Assembly: GCA_000002445.1 (NCBI GenBank)
Contig: CH464491.1
Location: forward strand, 1,952,001 to 2,016,000
DNA: 64,000 nucleotides
Source of the DNA: Trypanosoma brucei
Lineage: Eukaryota
Direction: 5' to 3'
A program made the position numbers and the translations under genes. Shown piece by piece: positions 31,848-41,119 of this stretch. The notes under the pieces are model-generated. The model was given only the letters and a program-made list of their open reading frames with translations, was not told where the DNA came from and searched no databases. Each line of letters begins with the position of its first letter. Position 1 is the stretch's first letter.

Positions 31848-33809
31848 TCACACCCCGTCATGAGAGGATTCCTCAGTTCCGACCAACTCTAGTAATTTCC
31901 CGCACATCTCGTCCGGTTTCAATGCGCCAGCAAGGCGCATAGTCACCAACACCGCCTCAACGAACTCAACAAACGTCAGGCGTCGCTCAGATGCGACAAG
32001 TGTTGCCAAGAACTCACCTCCGGGTCCTGAACTTTTTTCGTACAGGGAGTGCCCCATCGCGTTTCGTGGTTGGCACATGCCGGATGGCACAGTCCCTGGA
32101 ATCTTAAAGCGGTCAAAGGGCAGCACGACATTCACCGCCTCTACAAGTCCAATGTTGCAAGAGTCTAGTTTGTCATGGAAGAATAAAATAAAGTTGTGGG
32201 CAGTCAGCACAGCGGCTGTACCGCGAAGGTCAGGAACAGCATCTTCTGCAAGTTGAAAGTACAGATGCTCTAGACGGTGCACAATATCTTTGGTAAGTAT
32301 GGCTTCATATTCCCTTGTCACGGGACATAGCGGCTCCTCAGCGATGTGCTTTTTATCCAACAATCGTTCAACAATGGTTGTAAACTGTCGTGACAACTCG
32401 GCGAAGTTAGGACCAATGCACGTTTTTGCTGATAAACGAACGAGTGACTCAACAAACTGACGGTAGTTGATACAGCCGTCCAGGCGCAGCACCTCACTAC
32501 GCAGCTTCCGCAGCCGCCCACTCCGCTGATCAACAGGCTCCGAATGATCTTTCTTTTCCTCTTCCTCCAACGTTGTTACAACACAATCAACTGCAACCCC
32601 AATAGTTATATAGCCGTTGATGATACGCGCATCGTTTAGTAGTCGAAGAAACTGAGGTATACATAAGTGTCCTGGAAGACGATGCCGCCACCACTCAGTG
32701 TGCGTCGTAACAAACTTAATGCCCCTTTGTTTCCCACAGTAGTCAGTGAAAATATCTTTAAGGGGGTTGTTGAATCGCAGTACAAGGAGTCTAATGGACG
32801 ATGCGGCGTGTTCAGTTGATCCATCCGAAACGTTGACGAGGTCCGTTAAGGTAACCGAGGGGAGTGGGTCAGACGACATATCTCCGGGAGGAAGATCCAT
32901 CTCATTGCAATCAAAGGTTCCGTAATACGAACTGCCAGCGTTTGTTATACATTTTCCCCTTCCAAACTTATTGCCGTCCCTCCATGTACCTTCATATGTA
33001 CTTCCGTCCGCGTAGTAGAAAGTACCAAAGCCATTGCGCTTCCCATTAGCAAACTCACCCTCATACACGTTGATAACAGCGCAGCTAGGATGAGCGAATG
33101 TTGCTGGACCCTCTGTATCTGGTGTTGCCCTAGAGGGGTCAATGTAATGTACGTAGGTGGAGCGCCCAAAACCTTGCGGGACACCCTCATACCACTCACC
33201 CTCATACACTTCTACATAATAAGCGGTACCTGATTTCCATCCCATAGAGCCATGGCCGTGACGCTTACCGTTCACCCACATACCATCATACAAATCACCA
33301 TTCGGATACAACAACTTACCACTGCCGTGGCGCATGTTTTCAGCCCACTCACCCTCATAGTAGGACCCGCCATTTGCGTATGTTTGTCGGCCTTTGCCGT
33401 GGCGTTTACCGTAGCGCCACTGTCCATTGTAGACACCGGTTGCTGTTGTACTCTCCCCATAACCATGGTACACGCCTTTGTACACTTCACCAGCGTATCT
33501 GTCACCGTTTGCCTTAGTTAGAACACCAATGCCGTGTGGAGCATTGTTGTGGAAGCTACCTTCGTATGAGACACCGTTAGCCCAGGATATCCGTCCGTGT
33601 CCCTCCATGCACCCATGTACGAATGTCCCTTCGTAAATAAATCCCATGGCAGAGACAAGTGCCCCGTGGCCGTGAAAAAGATTATCGTCATCCACTTCCC
33701 CAACATACTTTCTCACAGCCGTGGTTGGCACCGTGTTACTCGACACACGATCGGTACACACAGCCTTCAAATATCTGTAAATCTGCACCACTGCTTCCTT
33801 CGTTGTCAT
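31848..33809 (-). CDS. MORN-repeat protein with uncharacterised C-terminal domain
   Basis: At least 8 tandem YEGxWxxGxxHGxG MORN units in the N-terminal half. The C-terminal ~330 aa have no recognised motif. Confidence 0.7.
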   Translation of the reverse strand: MTTKEAVVQIYRYLKAVCTDRVSSNTVPTTAVRKYVGEVDDDNLFHGHGALVSAMGFIYEGTFVHGCMEGHGRISWANGVSYEGSFHNNAPHGIGVLTKANGDRYAGEVYKGVYHGYGESTTATGVYNGQWRYGKRHGKGRQTYANGGSYYEGEWAENMRHGSGKLLYPNGDLYDGMWVNGKRHGHGSMGWKSGTAYYVEVYEGEWYEGVPQGFGRSTYVHYIDPSRATPDTEGPATFAHPSCAVINVYEGEFANGKRNGFGTFYYADGSTYEGTWRDGNKFGRGKCITNAGSSYYGTFDCNEMDLPPGDMSSDPLPSVTLTDLVNVSDGSTEHAASSIRLLVLRFNNPLKDIFTDYCGKQRGIKFVTTHTEWWRHRLPGHLCIPQFLRLLNDARIINGYITIGVAVDCVVTTLEEEEKKDHSEPVDQRSGRLRKLRSEVLRLDGCINYRQFVESLVRLSAKTCIGPNFAELSRQFTTIVERLLDKKHIAEEPLCPVTREYEAILTKDIVHRLEHLYFQLAEDAVPDLRGTAAVLTAHNFILFFHDKLDSCNIGLVEAVNVVLPFDRFKIPGTVPSGMCQPRNAMGHSLYEKSSGPGGEFLATLVASERRLTFVEFVEAVLVTMRLAGALKPDEMCGKLLELVGTEESSHDGV

Positions 33810-33940
33810 CGCGATACCGCCAACAACTTCCGGCTAAAGTAGTAAAGAAAAGAAAAAGAAGTGAAAAAAAACATTGCACTCAAAACACCACAAGTGAACG
33901 TGCGGTTTCCACCTTCAACGAAGCAACGTGCGCACGGATG

Positions 33941-33959
33941 TATATATATATATATATAT
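33941..33959. repeat. (TA)9 microsatellite
   Basis: tatatatatatatatata in an intergenic region. Confidence 0.9.
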
Positions 33960-34018
33960 TCGTCTTACTGTCGCAACTAATTATACTTAGAGTCGTCGTA
34001 CAGCCTACGCCAAAACTC

Positions 34019-34678
34019 TTATCCCGCCGACGGAACGTATGACTCGATGAATTTCTTGACGAACTCTGCTTCTTCACTAACCTCTTCCGCCAGGCGACGC
34101 TCGTGGTCTTCACGCATGCGCTTCCGAAGTTTTTGACGGATCTTTGAATGCTCCTTCCTCGACAGCATTAAGCCAAGTTTAAGCTTGCGCACCCCTAAAC
34201 GATCGTACTGGTTGGTGCCGTCCAGCACCTTCACGGCGTGCAGCGCCATCGCCTTGTTACGAAAAGTCAGCACCGCAAAATGTGTCTTGTTCAGTAAACT
34301 ACCCTGCTGAGATGTCCTCAATTCCACTTTCGGCTCATAAGCCTCAAAAACGGTGCGAACATCGTTTCGTTCAGTTCCAGGTCCAACAAAGCAGTGCAAC
34401 CGATACGTACTGTTTGTCTTTCGGTCCTTTCCAGCTTTTTTCTTCTTTATATCGCTCTTGGCGTTGTTGCACTCCTCACTGCGGGTTTCGCTCCCTAAGT
34501 CAGAGGGAACCTCATCGACATCCTCGACGGAAACACCAACCGGCAGACACGATGCACCAGTAGACCTTTTTCCTGATAATCCACGCCGTCGCGGGAACCG
34601 GTTCTCTCCGTCGACCTCAGCACCCCAAATGGCCGCAAGCTCAATTTGTCGCTCCTTCTCCAAATCACGCTTCCCCAT
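34019..34678 (-). CDS. Hypothetical protein, possibly RRM-like RNA-binding
   Basis: ATG-initiated 219-aa ORF. The central beta-alpha-beta-like block reads YRLHCFVGPG...FAVLTFRNKAMALHAVKVLDG. The tail is basic K/R-rich. Confidence 0.35.
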   Translation of the reverse strand: MGKRDLEKERQIELAAIWGAEVDGENRFPRRRGLSGKRSTGASCLPVGVSVEDVDEVPSDLGSETRSEECNNAKSDIKKKKAGKDRKTNSTYRLHCFVGPGTERNDVRTVFEAYEPKVELRTSQQGSLLNKTHFAVLTFRNKAMALHAVKVLDGTNQYDRLGVRKLKLGLMLSRKEHSKIRQKLRKRMREDHERRLAEEVSEEAEFVKKFIESYVPSAG

Positions 34679-34970
34679 CGGCTCACAATCTAACCTGAAG
34701 TTGAAAACAGCGAGTACACGCCCTCACAACCCCAAAAGGAATTCACAGTTGATTAAACTCCGATGTACTACACAAAAGTAATGGTAAAATTCAGTGATTT
34801 GAGATCACGTGCACTAATCAGCTATACAGTAACATTTCAGGAAAAAACGACATTCCACCACTGAACAAATTTCCTTTTGAAGGTAACGGAACTCCACGCT
34901 TACAATAAATCAAAGGCTCATAACATTAAACAAACCAAACACAATAACATACACACGCTACGCACATTTC

Positions 34971-36812
34971 TTACTTCAATGGGGGACACTGTGGATTGGC
35001 GTTCTGCACGTCCCTTTTCTCCTTCGCCGTAAATTCCAGCACCGTTGCAATAGCTGGAACCATTTTCATTCTCATTTCCTCACAGGAACAGCAAAGGTAC
35101 TGCAGCACCACGTTGCGAACATATTCTACGCTCAGTTGCACGCGTTCCTTGGTTTTGAGCACCTCCATTTCCTTCGTGAATTGAGCTACAACACTATTAT
35201 TGTGATCACACTCGCGTCTCAACACAGCGTTTTCTCTCTCTAACGCCTGAACATTTGCCTGAAGTTGACGAATCTCGTTGTCCCGTTGGCTCTGCTGTGC
35301 AGCAAGAGATAACATGCCCCTCTCGAAGACGCCATCGGATGGGACACGAGCCGCTGCAACTCCTTGCAAAGATGCAGTAGCCACCATCGATTCCTGCTGA
35401 TCTCTCTCTCGCTGGAAAGCCTCCCTCTGACGTTTAATTTCCCTTCGCAAAAGTTCGCATTTCTCTTCAAGTTGGATATTCCTAGCCTCCAGCCCTGCGA
35501 CGACATCGGGCGAAACTAAAGAGCTGCATTTTGCTTCCAAAAGGACAAGCTGGGATCTAGCATCACTGATCATTTGCCTGCTCTTATCTAACTCTGCCGC
35601 AGCCACATCGCGTTCACTTCGCACGCCTTCGATGCTCGAACAGATCAGTTCAAACACCTGCAAAATGGAGTCAGCGTCGCAAACGACACAACACGACTTT
35701 GCTCGCTCTACTAGCAACTTACGAAAAGAGTCCAACCTCTGGGAAAACAAAGAAACGTTCACCAAACGCTCAGCAAACTCGTCGCCAATAACCTCTAAAG
35801 GGTTATCACACTCACAACCAAGGAACGCCAATACCGTGTGACAAAGTTGTTTCAGGTAACAACGCGACGTGCACAACGACGTCCTCAATTCATCGATAGT
35901 GGATTCGTCCTTCGCTTTTGCCACCTGAAATATTTCCCTCCACTCAACCAACTTCTCTTCGTACATACGTTTATCAATTTCTTTTTCATGCAGCAGATGC
36001 CCACACCGTTCCTCAGCATCATTGCACCTGCGAAATAGTTTGCGATTGGCGTCAACCTCGGCCTCCAACTTCGATGTTGTGTTCTCCAACTGGCACCGTA
36101 GAGCGTCAAGCTCCTCACGAAGATCTGCAATACGGGGCTCATCCTCCTCCTTTGTGCTACATAAACCCTTTTTGAGCTGTTCAGCCTCGCTACGGGCTGC
36201 CTCCACGAACCGTGACGCCTCCCCAAGGTCGGCCCGCAACGTCTCATTAGCCTTCCTCAGCTCCTTCACCATGCTGCCAACGAGGGCGGCCTGTTGGAAG
36301 GGATGGCCCTCTGGCACTTGTGCCCCTTGATGCTTCGGCTCTATTTTCCGCTCGATCAACGCCTCCTCCTCTTCCCCCTCCCTAAGGCATTCCTGGGATG
36401 GGGCGCGTCCTTCCTTGAGAAGCTCAGATGCTTCCTCATCCTTCTCTATTTGCATCAGTTGTTCGTGCACAGCTTCCTGTGGTTCGACAGATTCTAGGTT
36501 GTGATGGTTTCCTCCTCCACTTTTCTGCACGTCGAGCTGGGCTGCACTTGTTGCCAGTTGATGTTTTTTCCTCACTGCGCTTAGTTCCTCTTCTAGTTGG
36601 CTAATGCGCAGGCGGTCTTCGAGGGTTTTTTGCTTAATTTTTTCTTTCCATGCAACTACCTTGTCGTGCAAAGTCGCATACTTTAGTTTTTCTCCTGCGA
36701 GGTCATTTCCTAGGGATTCGATAGTTTCTCTCATTGCAGTTACCCTATCTCGGAGTGCGTCGACTTCCCCTCGGTGGGAAGACGGCGAGGCACCTTGATC
36801 CTCAGCGGCCAT
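34971..36812 (-). CDS. GRIP70: Coiled-coil golgin with C-terminal GRIP domain (TbGRIP70-like)
   Basis: About 560 aa of coiled coil are followed by the GRIP signature SVEYVRNVVLQYL...EMRMKMVPAIATVLEFTAKE with the conserved Tyr. Size is 613 aa, about 70 kDa. Confidence 0.75.
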   Translation of the reverse strand: MAAEDQGASPSSHRGEVDALRDRVTAMRETIESLGNDLAGEKLKYATLHDKVVAWKEKIKQKTLEDRLRISQLEEELSAVRKKHQLATSAAQLDVQKSGGGNHHNLESVEPQEAVHEQLMQIEKDEEASELLKEGRAPSQECLREGEEEEALIERKIEPKHQGAQVPEGHPFQQAALVGSMVKELRKANETLRADLGEASRFVEAARSEAEQLKKGLCSTKEEDEPRIADLREELDALRCQLENTTSKLEAEVDANRKLFRRCNDAEERCGHLLHEKEIDKRMYEEKLVEWREIFQVAKAKDESTIDELRTSLCTSRCYLKQLCHTVLAFLGCECDNPLEVIGDEFAERLVNVSLFSQRLDSFRKLLVERAKSCCVVCDADSILQVFELICSSIEGVRSERDVAAAELDKSRQMISDARSQLVLLEAKCSSLVSPDVVAGLEARNIQLEEKCELLRREIKRQREAFQRERDQQESMVATASLQGVAAARVPSDGVFERGMLSLAAQQSQRDNEIRQLQANVQALERENAVLRRECDHNNSVVAQFTKEMEVLKTKERVQLSVEYVRNVVLQYLCCSCEEMRMKMVPAIATVLEFTAKEKRDVQNANPQCPPLK

Positions 36813-37151
36813 TGAGTCTGCCGACTAGGCTTTGCTTGAGAAGTGGCGATTGAAGTGTGGCAGATCATGTATGTAACCAGTAGACGTTTAAAAAGTTACC
36901 AGTGATCGGCCGAAAGGTCAAGGCATCTGACATTGTCACTTGCAGGATAACAAGTTCACTGTAGTCTTGTAGATGTGATAACAATATCTGTGTATACGTG
37001 TGTGCGCGTGTGGGTGCACGAATGTAGGTAACAACGAGATTGACAGAGTAGTGTGATCTGCGCTCACAGAAAAAGAAAAACAGTACGATTATCAAAAGGA
37101 AAATTCCTATCGACGGGAGAACGCACTACATCAGGGAAAAGTACAAAACGC

Positions 37152-40100
37152 TTACTTCTTTCTCCGTACGTTGTCCCCCCGGTTGGCCGCCTTGTATTGT
37201 TTCTGCTCCACATTCGAAGCAGTCCTCAATAGCTTTTGGTCAACAGCAAATGTTACCGTCTTGTCAGGAACCGAAAATATGGGGAGTACGCCGTACGTTG
37301 ACATACTGTTCTTGAGCCACTCGACCAACTCGGGGGTAGTGGAGCGCTCCCCGTCAGCTGCAGGGAAAGGCACCTCCCCTGAATACAGCCGAACGCACTC
37401 TGCTACCTTCTTCGCTTCAGCATCCACTACCAATATGTGAAAGAGTGACCGTTTGATCACCGCGAAAAGTTTTTTTACTTCCTCGGCACGAACACGTTTT
37501 TCACTGTCCTTCAAGTAGAGGACGGGGTCGTCAGCGCGTTCAAAGCTACAATGCCTACGCACAACCCTGCAGACTTCCCGGGAGGTAATATCCACGGACT
37601 GAATGTTCATTTTTGTCTCGTGGAACAACGATATAGACGCTGACTGACTTCCAACTTGAAAAAGGGTTTGTATTCCCCTTGCCTTCATAGCCTTCCGGAA
37701 CCCGCGTACATCTTGGTCGATGCGAAAACATGCACGTATATTATCCAGCCACAGATTTGCAGAGACAGTAAGAGCGGAATACTTCTGACCTGGCGAGTAA
37801 ACGTCCTGAGGCCGAACCGCAACGCCGCTGAGAAGCAGTCCATCTGTTTGTGGGAACCGAACATGTTCACACACCTCACCAAGTGCGAAAAGATCAACAC
37901 TCAAGCAGACGGCTTGCACGTCGGCATTTCGGGCCCCACATTTACTTGTAAAATTTTCAACACCGCAGCAAAAGGCGATGGCGTGGCCCCTCTCATGCGT
38001 ACGGCACTCGAAGAAAACCCCGTAGTCAATGAACGACCTATCAACGGACGTTTCGGCGGGCTTCAGCCTTGGGTCGATGCAAACACGAACGTTCGATGCC
38101 ACCTGTTTCCCAAATAACTGCAGGGCCTCCGTTATCCTCAAGGTAAAAGTCTTCAATGCTTCTAACCGGTCATGCGAAGAGACGATGTGGTTGCCATCAG
38201 AGAGAGTGCTGTCAACTTTATCAAGAATGGGCCCAATGCTTTTTCCCGGTTCAATGGACTCACATAGGTCACCCAAGTGATCTAACGACTCAACGGAACC
38301 GACTGTTCTTGAATGAGTCGCAGCTAGCCAATCAGCGTGGGATACAATAATCTCCAGTTTGGACTTCAATTCAGCCACCGACAGGAGGTGGAAGAACGAA
38401 AGCAGGGGATCAAGGAACATTTCATCAACTATTCCAGGGGCACTCGACGGAGTGGTGAATACGGCATACGGCCGGGACCTGTAATGAAAATGATAGAAAG
38501 ATCCAATATGGTGATTTGTGAGTAGAGTGAGGTGGTATGCGGTAGCAAGCTGCGGCTGGTTAGGGAACGCCCACACATTGGAGTTCATGTCGATCAGACA
38601 CGATACGTCCTGTTCGCTCAGGAGGGTGTTCAGGGGGACCAAAGGGTCAACGGATGCCAAGGGCATAGCGCCATGAAGCATTCCTATAATATTCACTGCT
38701 TGGATAAGATCAAGTGTAACTGTATGGGTAAGTGCCTTAACGGCATCCTTTACCTGCGGTGGGGGTTTGCAGTGCTGTTTCACTGATGCCTGCTTCACGC
38801 AGTGAAGTACGCGACCAGAAAAGCGTTCACCGTGTCTTTTTATTGTTTCTAGAGCTTCAACCACGTCTGCGGGATCGCCGGGAAGGTCAGCCTTATTTAA
38901 TATTTCCTCCGACGTTCTCCGTTTTCCCGGATCCCGCTCCAGGAGACTTGCAATCACCTCAGCCATTCTCGGATTCCAGGCGTAAAACCATTGAGGAATC
39001 GGTTTTCCACGACTAATATCCGTCATTATGTTGAACCTTTCCCTGAATCCCTGTCCGGCAACAGCCAACCACATCTCAAGCGCTATCATACCCAAGCTGT
39101 ATTCATCCACACTGAAGTCATAACTCTCACCCCGCTCTTGTTCCGGTGCGCAGTAAACAACGGATCCCAGGTTGCCTGTCGGAGAAGGACCCACTTCAAG
39201 TTCATCCAGTGGTCGCACATCATTCAATTCCACATTACTTGGGCTATGCTTCATCGATCGGTGTAGTGTCCGCGCTAACCCAAAATCTGCCACGCGAATG
39301 GTACCAACGTCATCGCTGCTCACGGAGCTCTGCATCTCGAACAGGATGTTGTCCGGCTTAAGATCACGGTGGACTATGCCTTGCCTGTGAAAGTGAGACA
39401 CGACCGTCAGCAACTGACGAAATATTTTCGTTGCCACCTTGTCCCCGTTCCCTGCAGTAAGCAAACTACCTTCCTCTTTGTCGCACTGATCGATCAGATG
39501 CCGCAGGCTATGTTTGGAACACAATTCCATTTGAATGTAAAGTGTAGAAAATTCCTCCTCCTTGTGGGAGTGCATTGGGCTCTGTAAGTCATACAACAGG
39601 TTGCTCTCCTCACCATCATCATCTTCCGCAGAGGAAGAGCAGGAGTAGCATGTTGTGTTTGTTGTCTCCCCGCCACCCTCACCATAGTCGGAGGCGCCGC
39701 CGACCCTAATGCTACCACCGATAGTAGACCGGCGGTTTGAGTCGTAGCTGTGAGTGGTAGATCCATCACCATCGACACAATCGTCCTCAACCTCTTCATC
39801 GCCGTCGAGAACGTAGTCCAACAACTCATCGTCGCACCCCGGCTCGATCCATGCATCGTAGTACCGGACGATGTGTTTGTGGCTGAGAGCGGCCAAACTC
39901 TGAACCTCGCGCAGGGCCTTCTCTGCCTCATTTTTCCTTATCGCTATTTTCTTCACAGCATACAGACGACCATCAACCTTCTTCCGACAGACGTATACAG
40001 GAGCGAACCCACCAGATCCCAGAAGGCACTGCTCAATAAACTCGCTTCGGTACCGACCCGCTGACACTCTCCGGAACGTGCACGTGCCCTCTTCATGTGA

Positions 40101-40862
40101 CCACATCCACTTCATCAGAGGATCCGATCCATCGATGCACACCTGAATGGCATCGCTAAAGATTCGCTTGACGTACTCATACTTCCATGTCACGCATTTC
40201 TGCAAACCTTTTGGAATGAGTCTAGCATCGTTCAGCAAGTAGTTTACGAGTAACTGAAAATTACTGTTAGCTTCCTCCTTCGATTCAGGGTCTTTCAAAT
40301 GGCAACACTTGTTAAGTAAATGCAATGCCAGTACACTGAGCTTAACAACGTCACGTTTCAGCACGCTTTCCTCCGCTCCCGCGGGTGCCTTAGCATTTTC
40401 AATTTCCACCGTCGCTTGGGTTTGTGGGTGGCTATCCTCAGTAGATATCACTCGCTGCACAACTGATATGATCTGCATAATGCAGGGAGCCCCGGCAAGA
40501 AGACAAGGACTTATGGCATCTCTGATGTCCGTTTGGAGTTGTCCAATCTCCGCCTCACTTAGTACGCCATCAAGACCTACTGCTGCTTGGTGGGGAAAGA
40601 GAATACGGACCCTCGGTGCCACGAAGGGGTATCCACCAACGATGCTAACTTCCAACACCACACGCCGTGTGGGTTGCGTTGACGAATCAATGGTAAGCAG
40701 GACGACTGGGTGGAATCCTTCGCGCTCCACAATGTGAATGTCATCATAGTTCGCCCTTAGAAACTCGATTTCATCGGGTACCACATTGGTTACTTCGGTT
40801 TGGCCCTCTGAAATCAAGTCGAACGAAAGACATCCTTCAAACTTTCCCTCGTCTACGTGCAT
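37152..40862 (-). CDS. eIF2K1: GCN2-like eIF2alpha kinase (RWD + kinase with insert + HisRS-like region)
   Basis: N-terminal RWD-like EIEFLRANYDDIHIV. The kinase region has LGSGGFAPVYVCRK...AVKKI, a large acidic insert, then HRDLKPDNILF and DFGLAR. About 550 aa of C-terminal class-II-aaRS-like region follow. Confidence 0.7.
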   Translation of the reverse strand: MHVDEGKFEGCLSFDLISEGQTEVTNVVPDEIEFLRANYDDIHIVEREGFHPVVLLTIDSSTQPTRRVVLEVSIVGGYPFVAPRVRILFPHQAAVGLDGVLSEAEIGQLQTDIRDAISPCLLAGAPCIMQIISVVQRVISTEDSHPQTQATVEIENAKAPAGAEESVLKRDVVKLSVLALHLLNKCCHLKDPESKEEANSNFQLLVNYLLNDARLIPKGLQKCVTWKYEYVKRIFSDAIQVCIDGSDPLMKWMWSHEEGTCTFRRVSAGRYRSEFIEQCLLGSGGFAPVYVCRKKVDGRLYAVKKIAIRKNEAEKALREVQSLAALSHKHIVRYYDAWIEPGCDDELLDYVLDGDEEVEDDCVDGDGSTTHSYDSNRRSTIGGSIRVGGASDYGEGGGETTNTTCYSCSSSAEDDDGEESNLLYDLQSPMHSHKEEEFSTLYIQMELCSKHSLRHLIDQCDKEEGSLLTAGNGDKVATKIFRQLLTVVSHFHRQGIVHRDLKPDNILFEMQSSVSSDDVGTIRVADFGLARTLHRSMKHSPSNVELNDVRPLDELEVGPSPTGNLGSVVYCAPEQERGESYDFSVDEYSLGMIALEMWLAVAGQGFRERFNIMTDISRGKPIPQWFYAWNPRMAEVIASLLERDPGKRRTSEEILNKADLPGDPADVVEALETIKRHGERFSGRVLHCVKQASVKQHCKPPPQVKDAVKALTHTVTLDLIQAVNIIGMLHGAMPLASVDPLVPLNTLLSEQDVSCLIDMNSNVWAFPNQPQLATAYHLTLLTNHHIGSFYHFHYRSRPYAVFTTPSSAPGIVDEMFLDPLLSFFHLLSVAELKSKLEIIVSHADWLAATHSRTVGSVESLDHLGDLCESIEPGKSIGPILDKVDSTLSDGNHIVSSHDRLEALKTFTLRITEALQLFGKQVASNVRVCIDPRLKPAETSVDRSFIDYGVFFECRTHERGHAIAFCCGVENFTSKCGARNADVQAVCLSVDLFALGEVCEHVRFPQTDGLLLSGVAVRPQDVYSPGQKYSALTVSANLWLDNIRACFRIDQDVRGFRKAMKARGIQTLFQVGSQSASISLFHETKMNIQSVDITSREVCRVVRRHCSFERADDPVLYLKDSEKRVRAEEVKKLFAVIKRSLFHILVVDAEAKKVAECVRLYSGEVPFPAADGERSTTPELVEWLKNSMSTYGVLPIFSVPDKTVTFAVDQKLLRTASNVEQKQYKAANRGDNVRRKK

Positions 40863-41119
40863 TCAAAAATTGAACTATTACCTCCGATACCCTCTGCGTG
40901 AATAAGGGGCGTTTCGTCTTGACCTACATACAAAGAATGTATACAGATATAGTAAGGGAAAGAAGCGTGTGCCCAGAGATATCACCTTTGTGTGGGCTTG
41001 GGGGTTCCACCAAAATACCTCAGTTGCTGTGCTCCAGCTGCGACAGGGAACAAGTATATATAAAACCTCGAGGAAGAGAGCGGGTAAACAATGGGGACGA
41101 TCGCAGGTGCTGCTTCTTT

